Assembly: GCA_965242925.1 (NCBI GenBank)
Contig: CBDEUM010000013.1
Span: forward strand, 32,001-96,000
DNA from: Roseibacillus sp.
GTDB taxonomy: Bacteria > Verrucomicrobiota > Verrucomicrobiia > Verrucomicrobiales > Akkermansiaceae
Reading direction: 5' to 3'
DNA: 64,000 nucleotides
This document shows positions 1 through 10,659 of this stretch, one piece after another (the first letter of the stretch is position 1; the number at the start of each line of letters is the position of its first letter). The notes beneath the pieces were generated by a model. The model was given only the letters and a program-made list of their open reading frames with translations. It had not been told where the DNA came from and did no database searches. The position numbers and the translations under genes were made by a program.

Positions 1-1447
1 CCGCCACGGTGTAGCGCAGGAGAGTCAGCAATCCCGGGGACAGAAGATTACCACGGATATTGCCTCCTACCCAGGCCCGGTCGGTCTCCTGGAAGGCGTC
101 CTCGAAATGATGCTCCCCGAAGTGGCGCTCCACTTCCGGCAAATCTACCAGTTCAGGACCGGCCTCCTCGGACCCAGTCGCCTCCTCGGACCCAGTCGCC
201 TCCCCGGACCCAGTCGTCTCCCCGGACCCAGTCGTCTCCCCGGACCCAGTCGCCTCCTCGGACCCAGTCGCCTCCTCGGACCCAGTCGTCTCCCCGGACC
301 CAGTCGCCTCCTCGGACCCAGTCGCCTCCCCGGACCCAGTCGTCTCCCCGGACCCAGTCGTCTCCCCGGACCCAGTCGTCTCCCCGGACCCAGTCGTCTC
401 CCCGGACCCAGTCGTCTCCCCGGACCCAGTCCTCTCCTCGGATTCGCCGGCCTCCTCCCCCGCCGCCGTCGATTCTCCAGTCTCCTCCACACTCTCCTCG
501 ACTACCGCACTCTCATCCTCGGTTTCCTCTTCCACTTCCGGAACCACCCCACCGGTAGGACGGTAGGTCACTCGCGTGGACATTTTCTTCAACCAGGCGC
601 CCACGGCCTCCTCGCCTCGCTCCATCTTGATCTTCCTCTTGTAGGCATCGAGCGACATGTTCCCGAAGCGCTCACGATGAAGTTGCATCAGCGCCGGTTG
701 ATAGCCGTGGTAGTTGGGAGGCCCCAGCCACTCGCCGCTGATGCCACACCGGGCCACGGTCTGGAAGTTTCCCCGCGGCGGATCTGTTTCTGAAACCACT
801 TCCTCGTAGTAGTCGCCCCGCCAGTCCGCCCGCCAGAAATGCTGAAGTGCCTCCTCCCGGCTCAACCAGAGCGAACCATCTTTCTTGCAGCGGACGATTC
901 CCCCGGACTCCTTGCCACTGCGGAAGGTCACGTTAAAACGTTCACGCGCACCAAGAACCAGCTTGGCGAGATCAAAAACCGAGTAGGTACGCCCACCCGC
1001 AAGGATCTCCTTGGCCAGACCGTCCAATCCTTCTTCTACCGGCATGACCGCTGCCGTAACCCCCTCCGGTGGCGCCACCTCTTCGCGCTCCCGCGAACCG
1101 TGGCGATCGTCGTCGCGGCGACCTTGTCCGCCTTTCTGAAACCTCTTCCCCCGGTCACCCCGACCTTCACGCCGGTCGTCATGGCGACCCCGCCCATCGT
1201 CCCTTCGGCCCCCGCGCCGGTCATCACGGCGACCCCGGTTCCGATCGCGATCTCGCCCGTCCTGCCGTTTCCCTTCACCCCGGCCGCCATCACGTTCCCG
1301 GTCGTCATCGCGACGACGCCTGCCCTTGGCTTCCCCACTCTTCTTCCCCTCCGTCTCGCCCCGGGCCCAAGCCGGGCCAAGATCGAGAGCGTTGAGACTA
1401 AGAAGGGGGGTCTTGGAAGACTCCGCTGTTGGGGCTTCGTCGCTCAT
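1..1447 (-). CDS. Hypothetical protein, 3'-truncated by the window edge; R/D/G-rich N-terminus, globular core and internal acidic 6-aa repeat
   Basis: Absent from the ORF track because it has no stop inside the window. Manual translation from ATG at 1447 gives MSDEAPTAESSKTPLLSLNALDLGPAWARG...RTYSVFDLAKLVL...RCGISGEWLGPPNYHGYQPAL...(TGSGET/TGSEEA)n...LLRYTVA, open to position 2. Confidence 0.8.
   Translation of the reverse strand, partial: MSDEAPTAESSKTPLLSLNALDLGPAWARGETEGKKSGEAKGRRRRDDDRERDGGRGEGKRQDGRDRDRNRGRRDDRRGGRRDDGRGRHDDRREGRGDRGKRFQKGGQGRRDDDRHGSREREEVAPPEGVTAAVMPVEEGLDGLAKEILAGGRTYSVFDLAKLVLGARERFNVTFRSGKESGGIVRCKKDGSLWLSREEALQHFWRADWRGDYYEEVVSETDPPRGNFQTVARCGISGEWLGPPNYHGYQPALMQLHRERFGNMSLDAYKRKIKMERGEEAVGAWLKKMSTRVTYRPTGGVVPEVEEETEDESAVVEESVEETGESTAAGEEAGESEERTGSGETTGSGETTGSGETTGSGETTGSGETTGSGEATGSEEATGSGETTGSEEATGSEEATGSGETTGSGETTGSGEATGSEEATGSEEAGPELVDLPEVERHFGEHHFEDAFQETDRAWVGGNIRGNLLSPGLLTLLRYTVA
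170..439. repeat. 18-bp tandem repeat, 15 copies (GGACCCAGTCG[C/T]CTCC[C/T]C), in-frame in the minus-strand CDS
   Basis: Directly visible; encodes TGSGET/TGSGEA/TGSEEA units. Confidence 0.95.
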
Positions 1448-1523
1448 CAGTCAGTGATGCTTACAGAAAAGACCTCCACCTTGGAACGCGCAAGAAGCAA
1501 AAGCAGACGTTCCCCTGTCACAC

Positions 1524-2543
1524 TCAACCCATCGGATAGCGAATCTCGCGGCTCACTTCGTCGATCCGCTCCAGAACCCCGGACTCAAGTTCAAGTCCGG
1601 CCGCATCGAAAATCACGTCGAGTTGATCTTCATGGGTGGCCCCCACGATGGTGGAGGCCACAAAATCGTGCTGCTTGCTCCAGGCGATCGCCATGGTGAC
1701 CGGATGCAGACCCGCCTCTGCCGCAATCCCCATGAAACGATCCGTCGATTCCAGGCAACGCCCGTTGGCGAAACGCTCCGCCATCGCACGCTGCCGCGGC
1801 TCGGTGGCATTCATGTAATGTGTGAAGCGAGCCCCCTCGGGTCGCTTCCCGTCATTGTACTTGCCACTGAGGACCCCCCCCGCGAGCGGGCTGTAGGGAA
1901 GCAGGCTCACCTGCTCACGCCGGCTGACCTCAGCCAGTTCATCCTCGAAACGACGATTATTCAGCGAAAAATTGTTCTGGATCGTGTCGTAGCGGGCCAG
2001 ACCATGCGCATCGCTGGTCCAGAGCGCCTTCATCATGCCGTAACTGTCCTCGTTGCTCACCCCGATCGCGCGCACTTTTCCCTCCTCTACAAGTTCGTCG
2101 AGAGCTCCCAAGGTGTCCTCCGGACGCATTCCATGGTCGGGCCAATGAACCTGGTACAGATCAATGTAATCCGTCCGAAGGCGCTGCAGACTGCCCTCCA
2201 CGGCCTTGCGGATGTGATTGCGATCCAGTGCCGCCTTGTCGTTGCGCACCGGCGGGTTGAACCAGCCATGAGCGGCGCCCGCCACCTTGGTTGCGATGAT
2301 GATCCCGTCGCGAGGCTTGGTCGCCAGCCACTCGCCCACCCAATCCTCGGTCCGGCCCACCAGTCCCGCAGTGGGCGGAACCGGATAAAGCTCCGCGCTG
2401 TCATAGAAGTCGATCCCTGCTTCAAAAGCCCGATCCATGATCCGGAAGGACATCTCCTTCTCCGCCTGCGTTCCGAAGGTCATGGTCCCCATGCAGATCT
2501 CGCTCACCACGATTCCGCTCGTCCCCAACCGCCGCTGCTGCAT
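1524..2543 (-). CDS. Aldo/keto reductase (Tas-like)
   Basis: [63 protein letters not shown]; start moved to ATG 2543. Confidence 0.92.
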   Translation of the reverse strand: MQQRRLGTSGIVVSEICMGTMTFGTQAEKEMSFRIMDRAFEAGIDFYDSAELYPVPPTAGLVGRTEDWVGEWLATKPRDGIIIATKVAGAAHGWFNPPVRNDKAALDRNHIRKAVEGSLQRLRTDYIDLYQVHWPDHGMRPEDTLGALDELVEEGKVRAIGVSNEDSYGMMKALWTSDAHGLARYDTIQNNFSLNNRRFEDELAEVSRREQVSLLPYSPLAGGVLSGKYNDGKRPEGARFTHYMNATEPRQRAMAERFANGRCLESTDRFMGIAAEAGLHPVTMAIAWSKQHDFVASTIVGATHEDQLDVIFDAAGLELESGVLERIDEVSREIRYPMG

Positions 2544-2777
2544 GAATGCAATCCTCTCAGGGATCGGGAGAGGAGCAAGACCGGACCCGGCAACCGCGGG
2601 CATTCCGATCAAGAGAGTTGCCGGAACCCGGGAAGGCCTGAATCTGCTCCGGCGAAAATTCTTTCATCAACGACAAACTTTTCCCTATGGCCGACACTGA
2701 TACTGATTCACCTTGCGTGCAGACTGCTCCCCGAACCGTTCTCTCCTGCAGCCTCGAATATCAACCCGCAACCGCAA

Positions 2778-4361
2778 ATGAAGCATAGCAAGTTCATCCT
2801 CTTCCTTTCTCTCCTCTCCCTGCATGCCTCGGCCCGGGAAACATCAGAGGCCCACGGATTCGTGTTCGATGACCGCAATCGGAACGGCAAACGCGATGAG
2901 GGCGAACCGGGCCTCCCCGGGGTCCTGGTCTCGAACCAACGGGAAGTCGTCTCCACTGCGCCGGACGGCTCATGGTCTCTTCCGGTTCGCGACGACTGCA
3001 TCTTCTTCGTGGTCAAGCCGCGCGGCTGGATGCCTCCCGTGAGCGACCAGCAACTCCCCCGCTTCTACTACGTGCACAAACCCAAGGGCTCTCCTCAGAG
3101 CCGCTTTCCCGGCGTGAAACCCACTGGCCCTCTGCCTGCTTCCATCGACTTCGCCCTCACGCGTCAGAAAGAACCCGACAAGTTCAAGGCACATTTCTTC
3201 GGCGACACTCAATCGCGCGACGAAAAGGAACTCGGCTACATGGCCCGGGACACCATCCAGGAACTGATCGGCACCGATGCCAGGTTCGGAGTGACCCTGG
3301 GTGACATCCTCTTCGATGACCTCTCCCTCTTTGAAACACACAACAGCATTGTGGCTCTGGTGGGCGTGCCGTGGTGGAACGTGATTGGCAATCACGACCT
3401 CAACTTCGATGCTCCTGACGACAGGACCTCTGATGAAACCTTCGAGCGCGTTTACGGTCCGGCCTACCACGCCTTCCAGTGGGGCCCCGTGAATTTCGTG
3501 GTCATGGACAATGTCATGTGGGGCGGTTCCAAGGAATCGGGTGGCACGGGCAGCTACACCGGGGAGCTGGGCGATGCGCAGCTGACCTTCCTTGAGAACC
3601 TCCTGCCCCATCTGCCCGAGGACGAACTGCTCATGCTGATGATGCATATTCCTCTCAAGACAACGGAGGATCCCCTCAAGCCCAGTCCCGAACGCGATCG
3701 CCTCTTCCGCCTGATAGAGAAGCGGCCCTACACCATGTCCATCTCGGGCCACACCCACTGGCACGCGCACATGTACCTCGATGAGAAAGACGGATGGAAG
3801 GGCAAGAAGCCCCATCACCATGTCGTGAATGTCACGGTCTGTGGAAGCTGGTGGCGGGGCGAGCCGGATGAACTCGGTATTCCACACTCCCTGGGAAGAG
3901 ACGGAGCCCCCCGCGGTTACTCCACCATTACCTTTGACGGGACCCAGGCGATAGTGGACTTCAAGGCCAGCCGGCGACCGGCTGATTATCAGCTTCGCAT
4001 CGCAGCCCCCTCCGTAGTGAAACCCGGGACAAAAGAGGTAACCGTCCACGCCAACGTCTTCAACGGATCCCGGCACTCCAAGGTCCGCATGCGAGTGGGA
4101 AAGGATGGCCAATGGTCTGGGAAGATCACCATGCTCAAGACCGTGGCACTCGACCCCGACTTCCTCGCCCTCAAGAAGCGTGAGGAAAGCCGCGGTGACA
4201 AGCTGGAGGGGCCCACTCTCCCGGGAGCGGTTCCCTCCCACCATCTCTGGAAGGCCACCCTGCCCGTCAAAGGCTTAACCGGTGTCCACCGTCTCTGGGT
4301 TCAGACCGAGGACATGTACGGCCGCACTTACGACGCCTCTCATGTCATCCGCATCGAGTGA
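2778..4361 (+). CDS. Exported calcineurin-like metallophosphoesterase
   Basis: Signal peptide MKHSKFILFLSLLSLHASA; motifs FGDTQ, LGDI, GNHD, MMHIP, SGHTH; start moved to ATG 2778. Confidence 0.88.
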   Translation: MKHSKFILFLSLLSLHASARETSEAHGFVFDDRNRNGKRDEGEPGLPGVLVSNQREVVSTAPDGSWSLPVRDDCIFFVVKPRGWMPPVSDQQLPRFYYVHKPKGSPQSRFPGVKPTGPLPASIDFALTRQKEPDKFKAHFFGDTQSRDEKELGYMARDTIQELIGTDARFGVTLGDILFDDLSLFETHNSIVALVGVPWWNVIGNHDLNFDAPDDRTSDETFERVYGPAYHAFQWGPVNFVVMDNVMWGGSKESGGTGSYTGELGDAQLTFLENLLPHLPEDELLMLMMHIPLKTTEDPLKPSPERDRLFRLIEKRPYTMSISGHTHWHAHMYLDEKDGWKGKKPHHHVVNVTVCGSWWRGEPDELGIPHSLGRDGAPRGYSTITFDGTQAIVDFKASRRPADYQLRIAAPSVVKPGTKEVTVHANVFNGSRHSKVRMRVGKDGQWSGKITMLKTVALDPDFLALKKREESRGDKLEGPTLPGAVPSHHLWKATLPVKGLTGVHRLWVQTEDMYGRTYDASHVIRIE

Positions 4362-4417
4362 CCGTGCCGGGGTAGCCCCTCTCGTAGCAAGAACTATCAG
4401 AACCCAACATCGTTCCC

Positions 4418-5815
4418 ATGCCACATCTCACCCTGTCCGTCCTCCTTTCCGCCCTTCTGGTCCTCTCCGTGACGGCTGTTTCCGGACAGAAGGCAAAGCC
4501 CAACATCATCCTCCTCTACGCTGATGACCTGGGCTACACTGATCTCTCCTGCCAGGGATCCGATTACTACCGCACCCCCAACATCGACCGCCTTGCGAAA
4601 GAGGGAATGACCTTCACCAATGCTTATGCGGCGGCCGCCAATTGCGCTCCCTCGCGGGCCTCCCTCATGACGGGACTCTACACCCCGCGCCACGGCGTTT
4701 TCACGGTTGGGAATTCGGGTCGAGGGAAAGCCGTCCACCGCCGCCTCATCCCGATCTCCAACAAGACCGAACTCACCAGGAAACTGCCCACCATGGCCCA
4801 GGTTCTCAAGGGAGGCGGCTACCGCACGGCGGTGGCAGGCAAATGGCATCTCTCCGATGATCCCACCGCCTATGGATTTGATACCAATTTCGGCGGCCTG
4901 ACGTGGGGGGCTCCGAAATCCTACTTCTCTCCCTATAGAAATCCCAAGCTGGAGGATGGACCCAGGGGCGAGCACCTCCCTGCCCGCCTCGCCACCGACC
5001 TCTGCAACTGGATACGTTCGACCCAGAAGAAGAAGGATGGGCCCTTCTTCGTCTACTTCCCCTTCTATTCCGTCCACACGCCGATCCAGGCCCGCGCGGA
5101 TCTCACCGCCAAATACGCGGGCAAATCAGGCACCCATCACAGAAACGCGAAGTACGCCGCCATGATCGAGGCCATGGACCTCGCGGTGGGACGAATTCTC
5201 GACCTGCTGGATGAACTCGAACTGGCGAAGGACACCCTCGTGGTCTTCACTTCCGACAACGGCCCCCACGGAGCAGTCTCGAATGCCAAGCCCCTGCGTG
5301 GCTCGAAGGGAATGTTCTACGAAGGGGGCATCCGTGAGCCCTTCCTCGTGCGCTGGCCCGGCAGGATCAGGGCCGCCTCGCGACTGGATACAGCCATCCA
5401 CCAGATCGACCTGCTCCCCACCTTCGCCGCCGTAGCCGGGACCGAGGCCCCTGAACTGCAGGACGGCCTGGACCTCAGCCCTCTCTTCCGCGGGGACTCC
5501 CTGCCCGACCGCCCCCTCTTCTGGCACTTCCCTGCCTACCTCCAGGGCTACGGCAAGGACCTCGGCTCGCCCTTCCAGCATTTCCGGACTACACCCTGCG
5601 GAGTGGTCCGGCAGGGACCGTGGAAGTTGATCGAGTACTTCGAGGACGGCACCCTCGAGCTCTATAACCTCCAGCAAGACTCCTCCGAGAAGAACAATCT
5701 GGCCGAAAAGGAAACAAAGCGCCGGGAACAACTCCACGACCTCCTCAAGTCCTGGCGCAAAACCACCAAGGCACCGGTACCCACGGAAAAGAATCCAAAG
5801 TTCCAGAGCAACTGA
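4418..5815 (+). CDS. Sulfatase (formylglycine-dependent, Cys-type)
   Basis: Signal peptide; PNIILLYADDLG, CAPSRASLMTG, GKWHL, SDNG, YEGGIREP. Confidence 0.95.
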   Translation: MPHLTLSVLLSALLVLSVTAVSGQKAKPNIILLYADDLGYTDLSCQGSDYYRTPNIDRLAKEGMTFTNAYAAAANCAPSRASLMTGLYTPRHGVFTVGNSGRGKAVHRRLIPISNKTELTRKLPTMAQVLKGGGYRTAVAGKWHLSDDPTAYGFDTNFGGLTWGAPKSYFSPYRNPKLEDGPRGEHLPARLATDLCNWIRSTQKKKDGPFFVYFPFYSVHTPIQARADLTAKYAGKSGTHHRNAKYAAMIEAMDLAVGRILDLLDELELAKDTLVVFTSDNGPHGAVSNAKPLRGSKGMFYEGGIREPFLVRWPGRIRAASRLDTAIHQIDLLPTFAAVAGTEAPELQDGLDLSPLFRGDSLPDRPLFWHFPAYLQGYGKDLGSPFQHFRTTPCGVVRQGPWKLIEYFEDGTLELYNLQQDSSEKNNLAEKETKRREQLHDLLKSWRKTTKAPVPTEKNPKFQSN

Positions 5816-5943
5816 TTCCCTGCATACCCTCTTTGGGCCTTCCCGGCCCTGCCCTTGATCACTTTCGGCAAACCTGACCCGGAAAACCTGGATGGTTTCC
5901 CGCTTGCCCGGGACTCCGGGCGGACTAAATTCAGAGACCCCCC

Positions 5944-8900
5944 GTGCTCTTCCCTCGACTGACCGCCAAAACTCTGCACCGGCTTGCCGAGGTCAGGATT
6001 CCGGAGTGCCTGCCGCACGGAGGAAAGGGGTCGACACTTTGCGCTACCCTGCTCTCTGCGCTGCTGTTCCCGACTATTCCTTCCCCGGGCGCCGAACAAT
6101 TCCTCGTCACGCCCACCGCGGTCACCTCCTCCTCCTCGGCAACCGACTTCTTTGCCGCTTCCAATCTCATCAACAACAGCGGGCTCGACCCGGTGCCCAC
6201 CCTGACGAACTACCAGAACGCGCAGCATGGCTCGGCCAGTCCCTCCCGGGCCTGGGCCACCGCCGCCCGGGGCCGTGACTACTTTGCCAGCGGCCAACCA
6301 AATCCCGCCCTCACCTTCACCCTCCCCGACCTCTATCAGATTACCCACCTCGTGGTCTGGGGGTTCTACTACACTTCGCCCAATAACTCTGAAGCCAGGA
6401 AATTCACCCTGGAGTTTTCGACCAACAGCGGGCGGACCTGGACGGGCCAGACCGACGTTACCCACAGGAAAACCGCCGATGAGGGCGAGGCCATCCCGCT
6501 GGATCGTAAATTCCAGGCCAACGCAGTGCGGCTCATCGTCACCGACAACTACTATGTTTTCCGGGGTGTCGGCGGGGAGCGCGTCGGACTGGGTGAAGTC
6601 AAATTCATCGGACAACCGCCCGCCGGCCCCGACCCATCTGTTTCGCTCCGTCCCCTCGTCGATTTCGGGAGCAATTCCCCCGGCGAACCGATCCTGTCCC
6701 GAACCCTCGCCATCGAAAACGTGGGAAGCCAGCCTCTGACCATCGCCCCCCTTGCACCGGTTCCTCCCTTCGTGATCAGCGGCGGACCGCTTGAAATTCC
6801 ACCCGGTGTGTCCCGTCCACTCACCATTGACCTGCCGCCGGTCCCGGGCTGTCACCTCGTCACCCTCGAACTGGCCACCAATGATCCAGCCCGCCCCATT
6901 GTGCCAGTCAATCTCATGGGCGCCTACGACTGCCTCCCGAATGCACCTTCCCAACCAGATATCCTTCCGGAAGAGGGCACCTTCGTGGATCCCTTCGAAG
7001 TCACCATCACGAGCGAAGACCAGGGGGTGATCATTTACACCACGGATGGATCAATCCCCTCCTCTGACAATGGGATTCCCTACACTGGTCCGGTCGTAAT
7101 CGACTCGTCCACCCAGTTGCGTGCTGCCGTGGCAAGAGCCGGAAGCGCTTCAAAACCCCAGACCAGAAGCTACCTCCGCCTCACTGGAGGACTCGAAACC
7201 TACACCTCTCCCATCCCCATCGCGATCATCGACAACTTCGGTGGCGGCACCATTCCCAACAAGGAATGGTCCTTCGCCACCCAGACTTCAGCAGGGCTCC
7301 AGCAACTTCCACGCCAACCCGCCAGCCTCCACCTCATTGACACCAACCCGGAGTCCGGCAGGGCCTCCATCACGGGCCTGCACGACCTCACCGAGCGCAT
7401 CGGAATCAGGGTGCGCGGTTCCTTTTCCTCCACCTGGAACCCCAAGCCCTACTCCCTGGAGACATGGGACGAGTACGATGCCGACAAGAGCACCTCTCCC
7501 CTGGGCCTTCCTGGAGAATCTGACTGGATCCTCTACTATCCTCACCCCCTCTACGACCGCCAACTCATTGCCAACACCTTCTCCTGGGAACTCTCCCGAC
7601 AGACCGGGCGCTACGGCACACGCTTCCGCCTCGTGGACACCTTCATCAATCAGGACGGCGGAGATCTCACTCCCGCCGACCGCGTCGGAGTCTACGCATT
7701 CGCCGAGAAGGTCACAAGAGACGACGATCGCATTGAGTTCGAACCGCTCTCCGAAGATGGCAGCACGGGGGGATGGCTCCTCAGCATCAATCGCATGGAT
7801 CCCATCCCCGTGGGTGGCTTTCCCACTGAAAATGGCGCCCTTGCTCCCCAGTTTTTCCACACTGCCGGCCCCGATCGCATGCTGCAGACCCCTCCCAACC
7901 AACTCAACCGCGAAGGCGACGACGATATCCCACGCCAGTACAATGGATTCTTTAATTTCGAGGATCCCAACGGCTACCGTATCAATGCCGCCCAACGCAA
8001 CGCGATCGAGAACTGGTTCGAGGAATTCGAAGACGTGCTCTATGACGACGCCCGCTGGCTCGATCCCGTGGATGGCTACCGGCGCTACGTCGACACCCGC
8101 GACTTCATCGATTACTTCCACCTTCACAATCTTGCCAAGCAGGGCGACAGCATGGCGCTGAGCCTCTTCCCCTGGTTTTCCTCCAGGGACCACAAGCTCC
8201 GTATCGGTCCGATTTGGGATTACAACCTGAGTGCCTACTGGACCGAACCCACCGAAGAGCTCTTCTACCGCAACGACCGGATCTGGTACCCGCGCTTCTT
8301 TGCGGATCCCCGCTTCATGCGGGAATATATAGATCGTTGGTACGAACTGCGCCGCGGACCGTTCGCCACTCCGAATCTGACCGGACTCGTCAACCAGCAG
8401 GCCAGACAGTTTACCTCAACCCTCGCCATTCGACAGGGCCTGAGCGTCAGAGAATGGTCCACCGAACTGGCGGACATGAAGACCTACCTCTCCATCCGGA
8501 CAAGCTGGATTGACTCGCAATTCTTCCGACCGCCCACCTTCAGTCACCCGGGTGGCACCGTCAGCGGGCAATTCACCCTCTCCATTCTCAACGACACCGG
8601 AAAGGTGGGCACCATTTTCCTTACCCTGGATGGCAGTGATCCCATCGATGGTGGAGGAACCGTCTACACCGATCCCATCTCCTTGAATGCGACCGCTCAT
8701 GTCAGGGCCCGGGTTCGCTCGACAAACGGTGAGTGGTCCGCCCTTAACGAGGCCTCCTACGTGACCGGAACGCCGCCGAAACCCGGGGACCTCGTCCTCT
8801 CCGAAATCATGTATCATCCTCTTGGTGACCCCGGGGCGGAGTTCATCGAAGTCCTCAACATCAATCCGGTGGAGGCACTCGACCTCGCCCTCATCCGGTT

Positions 8901-9618
8901 CGCCGCGGGGGTGGAATTCACCTTTCCGGTGGGGGCCACTCTCGCCCCGGGCGAACGAATTATCGTGGTTCGCAACCGGTCAGCCTTCGAAGCCGTCCAC
9001 GGCATGGCACACAACGTGGTGGGAGAGTTCCAACTCGACAGCGCCCTCGATAACAGCGGCGACCGGATCATCCTCCTCGACGCCAGTGGCAGTGTCCTCC
9101 TCGACTTCAGTTACGGGGACGATCCGCCCTGGGCCGAGTCCGCGGATGGGGACGGTGACTCTCTCATCCTGATCGATCCCCTCGCCAATCCCGATCACGG
9201 GGTTTTCTCGAGCTGGCGCAGCAGCACTACTACCGACGGAAACCCAGGCAACGACGACCGCGCGACCTTCTCCGGTGATCCCGTCCGCGATCGTGATAAC
9301 GATGGCATTCCCGCCCTCGTCGAATTTCTCCTTGGAACCCCGGAAATCCGGGAAGACCTCATCTCCGACTTCTTCACCTGGAACCACACTCCCGGTGGCG
9401 AGACGGAACTTCTCCTCGCCTTCAGCCTCGCCACCCGGGCCATTGATATGCCCGCCATCGAGTTCAGCAACGACCTCGAGACCTGGCAGGAGGTGACCGT
9501 GGAGCCCGCCTTCGATGAACATCTCACTGCCGGACGCGCCCGTTACCGCTGGCTCCTGCCCGCCCCCCAGCCCCCGCAGCGCTATTTCCGCATCCAGGTG
9601 GCGGAAACAGGGCGTTGA
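5944..9618 (+). CDS. CotH-kinase-family surface protein with N-terminal discoidin-like/Ig-like domains, FN3/chitobiase-type domains and a lamin-tail domain
   Basis: IGIRVRGSFS..PKPYSLETWD, GPIWDYN (CotH-like); IIYTTDGSIP and TLDGSDP (FN3-associated); LSEIMYHP..EFIEVLN..LDNSGDRI (LTD). Start codon uncertain. Confidence 0.85.
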   Translation: MLFPRLTAKTLHRLAEVRIPECLPHGGKGSTLCATLLSALLFPTIPSPGAEQFLVTPTAVTSSSSATDFFAASNLINNSGLDPVPTLTNYQNAQHGSASPSRAWATAARGRDYFASGQPNPALTFTLPDLYQITHLVVWGFYYTSPNNSEARKFTLEFSTNSGRTWTGQTDVTHRKTADEGEAIPLDRKFQANAVRLIVTDNYYVFRGVGGERVGLGEVKFIGQPPAGPDPSVSLRPLVDFGSNSPGEPILSRTLAIENVGSQPLTIAPLAPVPPFVISGGPLEIPPGVSRPLTIDLPPVPGCHLVTLELATNDPARPIVPVNLMGAYDCLPNAPSQPDILPEEGTFVDPFEVTITSEDQGVIIYTTDGSIPSSDNGIPYTGPVVIDSSTQLRAAVARAGSASKPQTRSYLRLTGGLETYTSPIPIAIIDNFGGGTIPNKEWSFATQTSAGLQQLPRQPASLHLIDTNPESGRASITGLHDLTERIGIRVRGSFSSTWNPKPYSLETWDEYDADKSTSPLGLPGESDWILYYPHPLYDRQLIANTFSWELSRQTGRYGTRFRLVDTFINQDGGDLTPADRVGVYAFAEKVTRDDDRIEFEPLSEDGSTGGWLLSINRMDPIPVGGFPTENGALAPQFFHTAGPDRMLQTPPNQLNREGDDDIPRQYNGFFNFEDPNGYRINAAQRNAIENWFEEFEDVLYDDARWLDPVDGYRRYVDTRDFIDYFHLHNLAKQGDSMALSLFPWFSSRDHKLRIGPIWDYNLSAYWTEPTEELFYRNDRIWYPRFFADPRFMREYIDRWYELRRGPFATPNLTGLVNQQARQFTSTLAIRQGLSVREWSTELADMKTYLSIRTSWIDSQFFRPPTFSHPGGTVSGQFTLSILNDTGKVGTIFLTLDGSDPIDGGGTVYTDPISLNATAHVRARVRSTNGEWSALNEASYVTGTPPKPGDLVLSEIMYHPLGDPGAEFIEVLNINPVEALDLALIRFAAGVEFTFPVGATLAPGERIIVVRNRSAFEAVHGMAHNVVGEFQLDSALDNSGDRIILLDASGSVLLDFSYGDDPPWAESADGDGDSLILIDPLANPDHGVFSSWRSSTTTDGNPGNDDRATFSGDPVRDRDNDGIPALVEFLLGTPEIREDLISDFFTWNHTPGGETELLLAFSLATRAIDMPAIEFSNDLETWQEVTVEPAFDEHLTAGRARYRWLLPAPQPPQRYFRIQVAETGR

Positions 9619-10038
9619 ACGTGACGCTTCACTCAACAGGGATCCTCGGGCGTTCCCTGCCCCACTCCCGACGCCTCTTCTCCTTTCCCCGGGATCGTCC
9701 GCGAATCCGTGATCTCGTCTACCAGATCCTGTGCACTCGGAGTGCGTCCAACCGCAGACACCACCGGCAGCAACCCGGGCACCACTGCGAAAAGCAACCG
9801 GGCAAACGACATCACCAGACAAACGTGATCTGCCTCCGGTGGTTGGCGAGGCCACAGTTCCACCATAATCCACCCGAGGACGCGGCGCGGTACCGCGCGG
9901 CGCCACCTGTCTACCCTTCCAGCGGCATTGCATCCACGCAAACGGAGCTTGAGATTTTCTCCAGCCCGATTCACCCTCTCCCACCCCGCAGACTCGAAAC
10001 TGCTTTCCCCACAAGGTTCGCCCTGCCTCCTACCTTCC

Positions 10039-10659
10039 ATGAAAACGCTTCTGTGCCTCCTTTCTCTTCTGATCCCGACGCTCACCCTGGCCGAAAAGAA
10101 GGAAACTCCGGCGACACCCACCGGGGAGGCCGCCACCATCAAGAAGAAGAACTGCCCCCTCTGCAAACTCCCCGGCCGGGCCGCCCTCTTTGCGGGAGCG
10201 GTCAGACCCTGCCCGGCTGATTGCCCCAAACTCTGCTGCAAGGGCACGAAACTCGTGCTCCTGCTTGAGGGCCTTGCGGACCAGGATGGAACCGGGCAAG
10301 TGACTGCAGCCCTCAGCGGACTGAAGGACGTAAGAGTAAAGGGCGTTCGTACGGAATCGGGGCGCACGATTCTCAACTACAACGCGACGCAACTGACCGC
10401 CGCGCAGGTACGCGGCACCCTGGAGCGAGCGGGCTTCAAGATAGCTGGCGAACTCTGCACCTTCAAGATCGCCGGCCTCGGGAAAGCCGGGGCTGCTGAC
10501 GTTCTCGTTGAAGCCCTCGCCTCGACCGCCGGTGTCAGCGCGATAGATACCGTCTGCCAGGACACTGGCCAGGCGATCATTGAGTATGATCCTGCCGAGA
10601 CAACTCCCCAGCGCCTCGCCGCCGCCATCAATGCCACTCCCTGCAAGGTGATTCCCTGA
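10039..10659 (+). CDS. Exported protein with a Cys cluster and two degenerate HMA-like domains
   Basis: Signal peptide MKTLLCLLSLLIPTLTLA; CPLC...CPADCPKLCC; two HMA-like repeats (V..AL...KDV.V...YNA; L..AL....GV.....IEYDP) that lack CxxC. Confidence 0.7.
   Translation: MKTLLCLLSLLIPTLTLAEKKETPATPTGEAATIKKKNCPLCKLPGRAALFAGAVRPCPADCPKLCCKGTKLVLLLEGLADQDGTGQVTAALSGLKDVRVKGVRTESGRTILNYNATQLTAAQVRGTLERAGFKIAGELCTFKIAGLGKAGAADVLVEALASTAGVSAIDTVCQDTGQAIIEYDPAETTPQRLAAAINATPCKVIP

Noticed and set aside
170..439. Repeat array as a CRISPR, or the + strand GPSRLP ORF (107-793) as a gene
   Set aside because: The units are contiguous with no spacers and no cas genes are nearby. The minus-strand frame gives a coherent protein, so the + ORF is a shadow.
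1623..2777. Long N-terminal extension of the 912-aa ORF
   Set aside because: It is antisense to the aldo/keto reductase; a clear signal peptide begins at ATG 2778.
9615..10038. His/Cys-containing ORF with RAAPP upstream of the HMA-like gene, as a RAPP-type metal-sensing leader peptide
   Set aside because: The motif is not RAPP/RGPP, is not near a stop codon, and no CxxC is present.
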